A stretch of 43,364 nt of DNA from Spirochaetota bacterium. Lineage in GTDB: Bacteria; Spirochaetota; UBA4802; UBA5550. Shown piece after piece: positions 19,434-29,735 of the stretch. The translations under genes were made by a program, and so were the position numbers. The stretch is from NCBI GenBank assembly GCA_050298055.1, contig JBNKTL010000034.1, positions 8,345-51,708 of the forward strand, written 5' to 3'. Position 1 is the first letter of the stretch; each line of letters starts with the position of its first letter. The notes under the pieces were generated by a model. The model searched no databases and was not told the origin of the DNA. It saw only the letters and a list, made by a program, of their open reading frames with translations.

Positions 19434-20228
19434 ATGATCATAAAATTAAAGTTTAAAAAACTCATTGCTTATTTTGGAAATACTCTTCTTGATGTAATTG
19501 ATTTCGCAGGTTATACGGTACTGCTTTTTTTGAAGACACTCTACCACAGCAAGAGTGTTATCAGCAAGCGAAGAGAAATTGTAAAACAGATGTTTGATGC
19601 CGGCATCAGGACATTTGTTGTTGTTTCAATTGTTGCAATGTTTACCGGGATGATACTGACTCTCCAGACCGGTATTGAGCTGAAAAGATACAACCAGGAA
19701 CCCCTGGTAGCAAACCTCCTTATTGCCACATTGACCAGGGAGATGGGTCCGTTTACGGCGGCAATTATTCTTATCGCTTCTGTGGGTTCTGCAATGGCAG
19801 CGGAAATCGGGACCATGAAAGTCTCAGAGGAGATTGATGCTCTCACAATAATGTCGATCAGCCCGGTCAAGTACCTGGTCATGCCCCGGGTGGTTGCACT
19901 TTCAATAATGCTGCCTGTTGCCACGATCTACACAAATTTTCTCGGATCAGTAGGCGGTGCAATTGTGGCAAAAACACAGCTTAACGTATCGTTTCCCACG
20001 TTTTATCAGCACCTTCTCTGGTCCCTCAGGTTCAAGGCGGTCTATGTGGGCCTCCTCAAGGCATTTGTGTTCGGTGTTTTTATATCCACCATCTGCTGTG
20101 CAAACGGTTTGAGGGCGGAAAACGGCGCCATAGGTGTGGGTAATGCCACTCGGGATTCCGTAGTAACTTCGTTTATCATGGTGCTGATCAGCGGTTATTT
20201 TATTACGGCAATATTTTACGGAAAATAG
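19434..20228 (+). CDS. mlaE: MlaE-family ABC transporter permease
   Basis: REMGP, GSAMAAEIGTMKVSEEIDAL, PVKYLVMPR, GAIGVGNAT. Start moved to the ATG at 19434. Confidence 0.93.
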   Translation: MIIKLKFKKLIAYFGNTLLDVIDFAGYTVLLFLKTLYHSKSVISKRREIVKQMFDAGIRTFVVVSIVAMFTGMILTLQTGIELKRYNQEPLVANLLIATLTREMGPFTAAIILIASVGSAMAAEIGTMKVSEEIDALTIMSISPVKYLVMPRVVALSIMLPVATIYTNFLGSVGGAIVAKTQLNVSFPTFYQHLLWSLRFKAVYVGLLKAFVFGVFISTICCANGLRAENGAIGVGNATRDSVVTSFIMVLISGYFITAIFYGK

Positions 20229-20230
20229 CA

Positions 20231-20977
20231 ATGATAGAGCTTAAAAACGTCTATAAGAAATTTGATGAGATGCTGGTCCTTGACGGCATAGATTTTACAA
20301 TAGAGAAGGGTGAAACCTTTGTCATTATTGGTCTGTCCGGTACCGGTAAAACGGTAACATTAAAACATATTGCCGGCCTTCTGGACCCTGATTCCGGTGA
20401 AGTCATCATTGACGGCGTGCAGATGAATGACGCGGCCGAAACGGTAAAATCAAAACTCAGGACGAAAATGGGAGTTGTTTTCCAGTCCGGGGCCCTGATA
20501 AACTGGCTTTCGGTAGGCGATAATGTTGCTCTTCCGCTCAGAGAACATAAAAAGTTCCCTGAAAATGAGATAGAGAAGATCGTTGACGAGAAACTCAGGC
20601 TTCTTCATCTCGATGATGCAAAGGAGAAGATGCCTGCTGATATAAGCGGAGGGATGAAAAAAAGAGCGGGTCTCGCAAGGGTTCTCGTAAGAAATCCTGA
20701 AATTATTCTTTATGATGAGCCGACTTCAGGACTTGACCCGGTGATGTCCAATCACATTAATGAACTAATTAATCAGACGAACAGAGAGTTTGGTGTAACA
20801 TCGGTAGTTGTTACACATGATATGGAGAGTGCCTACTCTATCGCTGACAGGATTGCCATGATATACAATGGAAGAATAGTAGAGTGTGATACACCTGACG
20901 GCATTCGAAACTGCAGCAATCCCATAGTCCGACAGTTTATAACGGGCAGTCTCGGCGGACCCATAAGGGTCGATTGA
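20231..20977 (+). CDS. mlaF: MlaF-family ABC transporter ATP-binding protein
   Basis: GLSGTGKT, ISGGMKKRAGLAR, ILYDEPTSGLDP, VTHD. Confidence 0.93.
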   Translation: MIELKNVYKKFDEMLVLDGIDFTIEKGETFVIIGLSGTGKTVTLKHIAGLLDPDSGEVIIDGVQMNDAAETVKSKLRTKMGVVFQSGALINWLSVGDNVALPLREHKKFPENEIEKIVDEKLRLLHLDDAKEKMPADISGGMKKRAGLARVLVRNPEIILYDEPTSGLDPVMSNHINELINQTNREFGVTSVVVTHDMESAYSIADRIAMIYNGRIVECDTPDGIRNCSNPIVRQFITGSLGGPIRVD

Positions 20978-21004
20978 AATTGTAATAATAACCGGAGGAG
21001 AGAG

Positions 21005-21673
21005 ATGGCAAAACGGTTTAAATATGAAATACCGGTCGGAATGCTGTTCCTTGTTGCAATCGGGATTTTGATGTATTACACGATTATTATGACACAGGAT
21101 GTCCTTAAACCTGAGCAGACATACAAGATGACAGTCTACTTTCCCAATGCAACCGGGCTTGAACTTAATGATAAGGTTAAGGTAAACGGTGTTGATTCAG
21201 GTGAGGTCACTGATATTCAGCTCATTGACAACAGGGTCTGGGTAGAAATGAGAATGAAAAAGTCCAACCGTTTTACGCTTTATGAAAACTACTCGATCAA
21301 CATCAAAGCCGAGTCCATAATGATGGGAAAGCATATCAGTGTATTTCCCGGGTCGGTAAGAGACGAGAGGAACAGGACCTATGCGGTTATTGAAACACGG
21401 GAGAACCTTCTCGGGGGGTATTACGATGCCCTTGACAGTTTTACCCAGCTGATCAATGAGAACAGGGACAATGTTTACCTGGCAATCAAGAACATAAGAG
21501 AAATTACTGAAAAGATAAACAAAGGGAAGGGGACTGTTGCCAGACTTATTAATGAGGATAAGATCCATACCGGGACCGATCAGTTGATAAAGGATGTGCG
21601 GGAAGCAGTTGAGGACTCAAGGGAACAGGCGCCAATAACAAGTTTTCTCCGTGCCGCACTTACTTTCTTTTAA
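21005..21673 (+). CDS. mlaD: MCE/MlaD-family protein with a C-terminal helical extension
   Basis: N-terminal TM helix, FPNATGL...VKVNGV.SGEV, MMGKHISVFPG, KINKGKGTVARLIN. Confidence 0.88.
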   Translation: MAKRFKYEIPVGMLFLVAIGILMYYTIIMTQDVLKPEQTYKMTVYFPNATGLELNDKVKVNGVDSGEVTDIQLIDNRVWVEMRMKKSNRFTLYENYSINIKAESIMMGKHISVFPGSVRDERNRTYAVIETRENLLGGYYDALDSFTQLINENRDNVYLAIKNIREITEKINKGKGTVARLINEDKIHTGTDQLIKDVREAVEDSREQAPITSFLRAALTFF

Positions 21674-21703
21674 AAGGAAGTCCCCTTATATTTTCCGGAT
21701 TTC

Positions 21704-22801
21704 TTATAATCCCTTAATACCTGACTTCTCTTTTATCAGTTCCTGTATGATCGATTCCAGCTGGATCTTTTCCCTTATGGTGAGTGCGCCGGTATTGATC
21801 TTTTTGATATTGAGAAGCAGGAGAATTGCGCTTTTTATATCCACGAGATCAATCTTTCCTCTCTTGACTCTCTGGAAGAGCTCAGTTTCATTTTTTTTCA
21901 TAATAAAGAGTGAATTTTCCGGCAGGTTTATTGAAAAGTTGAAGAGTACCGCGTCAATAACCGAAAGCGGCATGTTGAATCCCCGGTTTTTGCTGAAAAT
22001 CCCCGTGCTGGAAAACCTGAGCAATTTCTCCGTAACCGTAACCGTGTGAATCCTCCCGGCATTGTAAAAAGAGAAAAAGATAAAGAGTGATGCAACGGCA
22101 GTAATGAAAACAATGGCAAGAGTGTAAGCAGTTTCACTTTCAACAAAAGACTCCATCCCGTAGAGTATCATAACAAATGAACCGATTACAAACACTCCCA
22201 GGATATTGTTGGAGAGACTTTTTTTCATTGTCCAGCTGACGCTTGAACCCGCTCCGTCCCTCTTTATACTGAATATGGAAGAAAACTGCCCGGGATCAGG
22301 AGCGTTCCCGGAGGTTTCCCGGTTAACATATTTCATTATTTCAGCAAGAACACTCTCGCTCTTTTTTTCAGATGAGGATTGATAAAGAGTCCAGAACGAA
22401 CCGTCCTTTTTCTCAAGTTCAACAACATGGTAGCTTGTATCTCCCGACCTGTGCAACCTCTTATTAATATTACTGATCTCTTCGTAGGGGAAGGCAATAT
22501 ATTCATCCTCCCCGGCCCTTGATTCCCGGATCTTCATCTGGCCGGTAAGATTATCGAATATCAGGTTTTCCGGAAGCGTTATCTGGGTGACCAGGATCAC
22601 TGAAAAGCTGCAGAAGAGAAGCCCGGTTCCCGCCCAGAAGAACGCGATTCTGCCTGGATCAAGCATCATGATGAGCCCTGCAAGAAGAAAGGGAAGGCCC
22701 GGGATCAAAAGTAATACAGAGAGAACAATCTGTGCTTTTCTGCTTCTCATGAGTACTAGTCTGCCGGGGCCTGATTTTTTTTTATCAATAGTATAGTTCA
22801 T
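21704..22801 (-). CDS. Hypothetical membrane protein
   Basis: Two modules, each a TM pair followed by a beta-rich segment. Probable start at ATG 22801 (ORF open to 22882). Confidence 0.7.
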   Translation of the reverse strand: MNYTIDKKKSGPGRLVLMRSRKAQIVLSVLLLIPGLPFLLAGLIMMLDPGRIAFFWAGTGLLFCSFSVILVTQITLPENLIFDNLTGQMKIRESRAGEDEYIAFPYEEISNINKRLHRSGDTSYHVVELEKKDGSFWTLYQSSSEKKSESVLAEIMKYVNRETSGNAPDPGQFSSIFSIKRDGAGSSVSWTMKKSLSNNILGVFVIGSFVMILYGMESFVESETAYTLAIVFITAVASLFIFFSFYNAGRIHTVTVTEKLLRFSSTGIFSKNRGFNMPLSVIDAVLFNFSINLPENSLFIMKKNETELFQRVKRGKIDLVDIKSAILLLLNIKKINTGALTIREKIQLESIIQELIKEKSGIKGL

Positions 22802-23052
22802 TTTCTCTGTAACCCGGAATATAATTGTTACTCTATTTATAATTGTGGTATGCTGTATAATCAAGGTTTTTTTTATCCACATGGACCATTGAAAAGATGT
22901 GTAAAAATGACACTTTTTCTTTTTTTACTTTGCGTCCTTTTGAATTTAGAGAGAGGCTTAAAATATAGCTGGACACATGCTGGCAGGATTATAAATAGTG
23001 ATAATAGTATAGGGATTTCTATTTTAGTTTTTATTTATTCAGGGGTATTTGT

Positions 23053-24333
23053 GTGAAGAGTTCCGGAAGAAGATCATTTATTGTCATTATCCTGCTGGGA
23101 GTGACCGGTATCATCCTCTCTTATATTCTGGCCCAGGATTTTTACTTTGGGGAAATATATAAAAAAACAGGTGATAAACTCAGTATTTTTACAGAGCTCG
23201 GCAGCCGTGTCTGCGGAGAAGGATCTTCTTTTCTCAACTGCGCGAAGATAAGCAGGTCAAAATACGCCACACTCATGAATATTCCAAACGCCGTCTGGGG
23301 AATGATCTTCTTTTCAATTATGAGCCTCCTGGCAATAATCAGCCAGTTCCTTTCAGAAAGAATGAGGGAACTGACATCATTTATTCTCTTCTGGCTCCTC
23401 CTTCTGGGGTCTCTCTTTGATGTAGCTCTTCTTCTTGTAAGTGTCTTCCTCATTAATGCCGTTTGTATACTCTGTTTCGCTACATATACCGTTAACTGGA
23501 TCTCGCTTGTTCTGATAATTCTCTATTACAGAAAAAGCAGTGTAAATCCCCTGAGACCTGACAGTGTCACACGGGAGCTCATCAGCCTTCATAAAGGTGT
23601 ATTCATTAAAAGGTATCTCCCTGCGGCGCTTATTATCGTAATTTTCTCATCGGCAGCCGGGTTTGCCGTAAATTCCAGCTTAAAATCTACCTGGATGGTT
23701 TTTATGGAAAATGCCCAGAAAGAGGCCATCAGGCATATCCTGGGAAACTTTCCGAAACAGGAGGTTGTGAATGTCAATCCTTCACAGATGCTGACTCTTG
23801 GTAATCCTGATGCCCCTGTTACAATTGTTGAATTTTCCGATTTTCTCTGTCCTTATTGTTCCCGGGCATCCGCTCTCCTGGAAAAACTGGTAGAAGAGAA
23901 CAGCGGGAAAGTGAAGCTGATATTTATGAACTATCCCCTTGACAAAAAGTGTAATGTTAACATGAAAAGACAGGTCCATCCCGGTTCCTGTCTTCTGGCG
24001 CTGGGAAGTATCAGCGCGGCAAAACAGGGGAAGTTTAAAGAGTACCATGATGCCGCGTTCAGGCTGAAACCGGAAAATCCTGGGAAGAGGGAGATGGAGC
24101 AGATAGCCGCCCTCTCGGGACTCAATCGCGAACTCTTTTTCAGGGACCTTGCGTCTCCCGGGACACAGAATGAACTGCAAAACCAGCTTCAAAGGGGATG
24201 GGATCTCGAGGTACACGGAACACCCACAATCTATATAAACGGCCGGCTCTACCGTTACAAACCCCTGAAGGAGATTCTCCAGGAGATTATTGACCAGGAG
24301 TATGAGGCAAAACTTGCCGGGAAGGGTAAATAA
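23053..24333 (+). CDS. VKOR domain - DsbA/thioredoxin fusion
   Basis: Loop cysteines (VCGEGSSFLNC), SKYA, CILC in the TM region, then EFSDFLCPYC, YPLDKKCN, GTPTIYING. Confidence 0.92.
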   Translation: MKSSGRRSFIVIILLGVTGIILSYILAQDFYFGEIYKKTGDKLSIFTELGSRVCGEGSSFLNCAKISRSKYATLMNIPNAVWGMIFFSIMSLLAIISQFLSERMRELTSFILFWLLLLGSLFDVALLLVSVFLINAVCILCFATYTVNWISLVLIILYYRKSSVNPLRPDSVTRELISLHKGVFIKRYLPAALIIVIFSSAAGFAVNSSLKSTWMVFMENAQKEAIRHILGNFPKQEVVNVNPSQMLTLGNPDAPVTIVEFSDFLCPYCSRASALLEKLVEENSGKVKLIFMNYPLDKKCNVNMKRQVHPGSCLLALGSISAAKQGKFKEYHDAAFRLKPENPGKREMEQIAALSGLNRELFFRDLASPGTQNELQNQLQRGWDLEVHGTPTIYINGRLYRYKPLKEILQEIIDQEYEAKLAGKGK

Positions 24334-24465
24334 TTTTTTATTGACAAAACCCCTGCATAAACCGCCATTATCATATCGTAATTTGCTGATAATATGAGTA
24401 TTAATTCCTAAACTTAATGTACAATATATCTTTATAAAGATTAGCTATTAAGAAAAGAATTTTGG

Positions 24466-24677
24466 AACCGCCAAGGCGCTAAGTCCGCAAAGGAAGAGAA
24501 AGAAAGAGTGTAAGAAAAGGAGATATGGAGATGGAGGAGATAAGGAGATAAGGGGATAAGGGGATAAGGGGATAAGAGAAAAGTTAAAACAATTAAAATA
24601 TCCCCCTATCCCCCTATCCCCTCTTAATCCCCTCATCCCCTTTTTTCTTCTCTTTTTCTGTGCCTCTGTGGCAGATT
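24466..24677. repeat. Nested inverted tandem-repeat region upstream of carB
   Basis: About 7 GG[AG]GATAA units (24519-24575) face about 4 TATCCCC units (24598-24640). Flanked by CGCCAAGG/CGCTAAGT/CGCAAAGG and CTGTGCCTCTGTGGC. Confidence 0.85.
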
Positions 24678-24701
24678 TAAAAAATAATTTAAAGGGACAA
24701 T

Positions 24702-27700
24702 ATGCCGAAAAGAGACGATATAAAGAAGATACTGATAATTGGATCGGGGCCTATTTTGATCGGGCAGGCATGTGAGTTTGATTATTCGGGATCGCAGGCG
24801 TGCAAATCACTGAAGGAAGAGGGATATGAAGTCGTATTGATCAACTCGAATCCCGCTACAATTATGACTGACCCGGAACTTGCCGACAGGACCTATATCG
24901 AACCCATTACCCCGGAAGTGGTGGAGAAGATAATTGAACTGGAAAAACCGGATGCTCTCCTTCCCACAGTGGGAGGACAGACAGCGCTCAATGTTACCCT
25001 GGACCTTGGAGAACAGGGTGTTCTGGAAAAATATAAGGTTGAACTTATCGGCGCAAATATCGAATCCATAAGAAAAGCGGAAGACAGGGCCCTCTTTAAA
25101 AAGGCGATGGAGGATATCGGTCTTGAAGTACCCCGGTCCGGACTGGCATCGTCAGTTGAGGAGGCCCTGGAGGTGCTCGAGGAGATAAAGCTCCCCATTA
25201 TTATCCGTCCCGCTTTTACCCTGGGCGGCTCTGGAGGAAATATTGTCTACAACAAGGAGGATTTCACGGAGCTGGTCCGAAAGGGCCTGGATGAGTCTCC
25301 CATAAGCCAGGTACTTCTTGAGGAGTCCGTTATGGGCTGGAAGGAGTTTGAGCTGGAAGTCATGCGTGATACGATGGACAATGTTGTTATTATCTGTTCC
25401 ATAGAAAATATTGATCCCATGGGCATTCACACCGGCGATTCCTTCACCGTTGCCCCCCAGCAGACCCTCACCGACAGGGAATACCAGGACCTCCGAAACA
25501 TGTCCATTGCCATCATCAGGGAGATCGGTGTTGATACCGGGGGGTCCAACATACAGTTCGCGGTGAACCCGGAAAACGGGAGGGTGATCGTTATCGAGAT
25601 GAATCCCCGGGTGAGCAGGAGCTCCGCCCTTGCATCCAAGGCAACCGGTTTCCCCATTGCGAAGATAGCGGCCAAACTCTCCATCGGAATGACACTGGAT
25701 GAGATCCCCAATGATATCACCCGGGAGACCCCTGCCTGTTTTGAACCCACAATAGACTACGTGGTGGTCAAGGCACCCCGGTGGGCATTTGAAAAGTTTG
25801 CGGGGGCCGATACCACCCTGGGGACACAGATGAAATCCGTGGGCGAAGCCATGTCCATCGGCAGGACATTCAAGGAGTCTCTCCAGAAGGCGTTCAGGTC
25901 CCTTGAGACAGGAAGGTTCGGATACGGATCTGACGGTAATGTGAAGATTGAAGAAACATTAAAGTGGCTCCCGGAAAAACAGCAGAGGGAGATCATCGAG
26001 AGGGAACTGCAGAATCCCAGGGGTGACAGGCTCTTCTTCCTCAAGGAAGCGTTAAAGCTTGGCTGGGATGTTGAGCGTCTGCACCTGCTGACCTATATTG
26101 ATCCCTGGTTCCTCAACCAGATAAGTGAACTGGTTGAAGCTGAAAAAGAATATGTTAATGACTACGGCCTCAACGGTTATACCGTTGAAAACATTCTGCC
26201 CATGAAAAAGCTGGGATTTTCCGACAGGCAGCTGGGCTACCTGGCGCACAGGCTGGAGCTTGACCAGCTCAATGAGAAGGGCCCCGCTTTTCAGAAGGAC
26301 TATTCTCTTCTCCTTACGGAAAAGGAGAAATCGGTGAGGGATTTCAGAAAGGAAAACGGCATCATCCCCGTGTTCAAGGTCGTGGATACATGCGGAGGTG
26401 AGTTTGAGGCATACACCCCCTACTACTATTCGGCATATGATGATGAGAGCGAATCGGCGGGTTCGGATAAAAAGAAGATAATGATCCTCGGAGGGGGACC
26501 CAACAGGATCGGCCAGGGGATCGAGTTTGATTACTGCTGCTGCCACGCCTCTTTCGCCCTCAGGGAGGAGGGAGTGGAATCCATAATGGTAAACTCCAAC
26601 CCGGAGACAGTTTCAACGGATTACGACACATCGGACAGGCTCTATTTTGAACCGTTGACCCTTGAGGATATTCTGCATATATATGAAAACGAAAAACCGG
26701 ACGGCGTCATTGTTCAGTTCGGCGGACAGACACCGCTCCAGCTTGCCCGTCTTCTTGAGGAGAACAATGTAAAGATAATCGGGACCTCCCCCGACTCCAT
26801 TGACAGGGCGGAGGACCGTGAGAGGTTCGCGCAGGTTGTGAGAAAACTCGATATTCTCCAGCCGGAAAATGGCATTGCCGTGACACAGGAAGATGCCGTT
26901 AAAATTGCCGGGAATATCGGCTACCCGGTTCTCGTGCGGCCGTCCTATGTGCTGGGCGGCAGGGCAATGGCCATCGTCTATGATGAGCCGAGCCTCCTTG
27001 AATATATAAAGACAGCGGTAGACCTTACGCCGGAGCATCCCATACTTGTTGACAAGTTCCTGGAGGACGCGGTTGAAATTGATGTTGACGCCCTCTGCGA
27101 TATGGAGGATGTCTATATCGGGTCCGTTATGGAGCACGTTGAAGAGGCAGGGGTCCATTCGGGAGATTCGGCCTGTATCATCCCTCCGCTCTCAATATCC
27201 GAAAGCATGATCGAACAGATCGAGAAGACAACAGCGGCACTTGCAATGGAACTCAATGTCATAGGGCTCCTGAACATACAGTTTGCCATAAAGGACAATC
27301 TCCTCTACGTCATAGAGGTGAACCCCCGGGCATCGAGGACCGTGCCCTTTGTCTCGAAGACAACGGGCGTTCCCCTGGCCAAGGTCGCCGTAAAACTGAT
27401 GCTGGGGAGGAAACTGAAGGAGTTTGGGCTCACACAGAGGAAGAAGTTTCCCTTTATCAGCGTCAAGGAGGCGGTCCTGCCTTTTAATAAATTTCCCGGC
27501 GTGGACACACTGCTTTCGCCCGAGATGAAGTCAACGGGGGAGGTCATGGGTATCTCCTATGATTTCGGGGAGTCATTTTACAAGGCGTCCCTTGCGGCGG
27601 GTGACCGGCTTCCCCTTTCGGGTACGGTTTTCCTGAGTATAAACAGGAGGTCAAAGGAGGAACTTCTTGACGAAGTGAAGAACCTTCGTGAAAACGGGTT

Positions 27701-28031
27701 CAGGCTCGTGGCAACAGAGGGGACAGCGGACTATTATAACGATCAGGGTGTGGAGTGCGAAAAGATAAAAAAGGTAAGTGAGGGGCGGCCGAATATCGTT
27801 GACCTGGTAAAAAATGACGAGATAGACCTCATTGTCAATACTCCCACGGGGAAGATATCCAAGGACGATGCCTACTCCATCAGGCAGACGGCAGTGAGGT
27901 ACAGGATCCCCATCGTGACAACCATATCCGCGGCAAAGGCCGCAATGAGAGGGATTCTCGAGATCAGGAACAGGAAAGAAATATCCGTGCTGCCCATCCA
28001 GGAATATCATAAAAAGGTAATGGAGCAATGA
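24702..28031 (+). CDS. carB: Carbamoyl-phosphate synthase large subunit
   Basis: [30 protein letters not shown], second ATP-grasp half [18 protein letters not shown]-terminal MGS domain. Confidence 0.99.
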   Translation: MPKRDDIKKILIIGSGPILIGQACEFDYSGSQACKSLKEEGYEVVLINSNPATIMTDPELADRTYIEPITPEVVEKIIELEKPDALLPTVGGQTALNVTLDLGEQGVLEKYKVELIGANIESIRKAEDRALFKKAMEDIGLEVPRSGLASSVEEALEVLEEIKLPIIIRPAFTLGGSGGNIVYNKEDFTELVRKGLDESPISQVLLEESVMGWKEFELEVMRDTMDNVVIICSIENIDPMGIHTGDSFTVAPQQTLTDREYQDLRNMSIAIIREIGVDTGGSNIQFAVNPENGRVIVIEMNPRVSRSSALASKATGFPIAKIAAKLSIGMTLDEIPNDITRETPACFEPTIDYVVVKAPRWAFEKFAGADTTLGTQMKSVGEAMSIGRTFKESLQKAFRSLETGRFGYGSDGNVKIEETLKWLPEKQQREIIERELQNPRGDRLFFLKEALKLGWDVERLHLLTYIDPWFLNQISELVEAEKEYVNDYGLNGYTVENILPMKKLGFSDRQLGYLAHRLELDQLNEKGPAFQKDYSLLLTEKEKSVRDFRKENGIIPVFKVVDTCGGEFEAYTPYYYSAYDDESESAGSDKKKIMILGGGPNRIGQGIEFDYCCCHASFALREEGVESIMVNSNPETVSTDYDTSDRLYFEPLTLEDILHIYENEKPDGVIVQFGGQTPLQLARLLEENNVKIIGTSPDSIDRAEDRERFAQVVRKLDILQPENGIAVTQEDAVKIAGNIGYPVLVRPSYVLGGRAMAIVYDEPSLLEYIKTAVDLTPEHPILVDKFLEDAVEIDVDALCDMEDVYIGSVMEHVEEAGVHSGDSACIIPPLSISESMIEQIEKTTAALAMELNVIGLLNIQFAIKDNLLYVIEVNPRASRTVPFVSKTTGVPLAKVAVKLMLGRKLKEFGLTQRKKFPFISVKEAVLPFNKFPGVDTLLSPEMKSTGEVMGISYDFGESFYKASLAAGDRLPLSGTVFLSINRRSKEELLDEVKNLRENGFRLVATEGTADYYNDQGVECEKIKKVSEGRPNIVDLVKNDEIDLIVNTPTGKISKDDAYSIRQTAVRYRIPIVTTISAAKAAMRGILEIRNRKEISVLPIQEYHKKVMEQ

Positions 28032-28576
28032 AAGAAAAAGAAATTCTCAGCAGCCGGGAGATAGATGATATTATTGGAAAGCTCACCGAAGAGGTTTACG
28101 GGGACATCTCGAATTCTGACGGCAGTTTTGAAAAGTTTGCCATCGTGGGCATTCAGACCAGGGGTGTTCTTATAAGCAACAGGATAAAGGCGGGACTGGA
28201 GAAGAAGGCAGGAAAAAAAATAAGAACGGGGATCCTTGACATTACCTTTCACAGGGATGATCTTACCACCCGGGGGAAACTTCCCCAGATCAAGGAAACC
28301 AGGCTCGATTTTGACATTGAGGACCTGACAATACTCCTGGTTGATGATGTCCTCTATACCGGGAGAACGGCAAAGGCGGCCATTGAAACCGTGATGACAT
28401 ACGGAAGGCCGCGCGCGATCAAATACCTTGTGCTTGTTGACAGGGGCAACAGGGAACTTCCCATCCAGGCCGATTACTGCGGACACCATGTTAAAACCGG
28501 GACCGGGGACAAGGTGAAAGCTTTATTTAAGGAAACTGACAGTGTGGATGATTCAGTTGTCCTTACCAGTGGATAG
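28028..28576 (+). CDS. pyrR: Pyrimidine regulator / uracil phosphoribosyltransferase PyrR
   Basis: [46 protein letters not shown] overlap with carB. Confidence 0.95.
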   Translation: MKEKEILSSREIDDIIGKLTEEVYGDISNSDGSFEKFAIVGIQTRGVLISNRIKAGLEKKAGKKIRTGILDITFHRDDLTTRGKLPQIKETRLDFDIEDLTILLVDDVLYTGRTAKAAIETVMTYGRPRAIKYLVLVDRGNRELPIQADYCGHHVKTGTGDKVKALFKETDSVDDSVVLTSG

Positions 28577-28586
28577 GACTGAGAAA

Positions 28587-28699
28587 AATGTTAAATGCTT
28601 AATGTTGAATTTTGAATGTAAAGAAAGTTAGTAAAAGTTAACATTAGGGTAAAAATTCTTATTCTTGAATTTAACATTCAAAATTAAAAATTTAACATT
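28587..28699. repeat. Inverted heptamer tandem repeats
   Basis: AATGTTA-AATGCTT-AATGTTG-AATTTTG-AATGTAA faces TTTAACA-TTCAAAA-TTAAAAA-TTTAACA-TT. Confidence 0.8.
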
Positions 28700-28785
28700 A
28701 ACTGTGCTTTTGTGACTATATAATATATTAAAGAATGAATATTAGTTTTTTTCTGGTTAGATATTGATTACATGGAGTTTTTAAT

Positions 28786-29706
28786 ATGAAAGACCTTATC
28801 ATAATCGGTGCGGGGCCCGCGGGGCTCACCGCGGGGATCTACGGAATACGGGCGGGGCTCGACCTTTCAATCATTGAAAAATTTTCACCGGGGGGACAGG
28901 TCATCAACACCTTTGAGGTTGAAAACTATCCCGGGTTTGTTGAACCCGTGGCCGGATGGGAGCTGATGTCCAACATGGAGAACCAGGCAAAGAGGCTTGG
29001 GGTGGAAATAGAGAACGGGGATATTGTTTCAATTGGGAAGGATGAAAAGGGCGGGTCCTTTCAATTGAAGAGATCCGACGGAAGTGTTGTTGAAGCAAAA
29101 TCGGTCATAGCGGCAACCGGGGCTTCGTTCAGGAAGCTGGGTGTTCCGGGTGAGAAAGAGTATACCGGGCAGGGGGTCTCTTACTGCGCCACATGTGACG
29201 GAGCGTTCTATAAGGAAAAAACCGTGGCGGTCATCGGGGGAGGGAACACGGCGCTGGAAGAGGCCCACTTCCTCACACGGTTTGCCAGCAAGATCTATCT
29301 TGTCCACAGGAGAGACGAGTTCCGCGGCGTAAAGATTTTGCAGGACAGGGTGCTTGCGGAGGAGAAGATCGAACCGGTGCTTGATACGGTCCTTGAATCC
29401 ATTGCCGGAGACCAGAAGGTTCAGAAGGTTGTCCTGAAAAACAAAAAAACCGGGGAGATCTCGGAACGCGCCGTTGACGGGGTTTTTATCTTTGTGGGAT
29501 GGGACCCTAACACCGCCTATCTCCCCGGAGAAGTCCTGAATGAAAAGAAGGAAGTGGTTGTTGACGTGAGGATGCATACGAAAATCGAGGGACTCTTTGC
29601 CGCGGGAGACTTAAGGTGCGATTCCGAGAGGCAGATCGTTATGGCCGCGGCAGACGGCGCAACAGCCGCGCTCAACGCCTACAATTACCTGGTCAACCTG
29701 GGCTGA
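28786..29706 (+). CDS. trxB: Thioredoxin-disulfide reductase
   Basis: GAGPAG, VENYPGF, GVSYCATCDG, GGGNTALEEA, HRRD, FAAGD. Confidence 0.97.
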   Translation: MKDLIIIGAGPAGLTAGIYGIRAGLDLSIIEKFSPGGQVINTFEVENYPGFVEPVAGWELMSNMENQAKRLGVEIENGDIVSIGKDEKGGSFQLKRSDGSVVEAKSVIAATGASFRKLGVPGEKEYTGQGVSYCATCDGAFYKEKTVAVIGGGNTALEEAHFLTRFASKIYLVHRRDEFRGVKILQDRVLAEEKIEPVLDTVLESIAGDQKVQKVVLKNKKTGEISERAVDGVFIFVGWDPNTAYLPGEVLNEKKEVVVDVRMHTKIEGLFAAGDLRCDSERQIVMAAADGATAALNAYNYLVNLG

Positions 29707-29735
29707 ATTGTCAGCGGACCGGGATAAAGAAAATA

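Noticed and set aside
24448..24636. 62-aa minus-strand ORF, or a CRISPR array, in the repeat region
   Set aside because: The ORF is just a translation of low-complexity repeats. The units are 8 nt with no unique spacers and there are no cas genes.
24340..24701. PyrR-binding attenuator upstream of carB-pyrR
   Set aside because: The closest match AGTCCGCAAAGGAA differs from ARUCCNGNGAGGYU at four positions and is better explained as part of a short tandem array.
24702..28031. carB without an adjacent carA
   Set aside because: Split carA/carB loci are common, so this is not evidence of anything unusual.
29704..29727. Selenocysteine readthrough of the trxB TGA
   Set aside because: The protein is complete at 306 aa with a CATC active site. 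Readthrough adds only a few residues with no redox motif.
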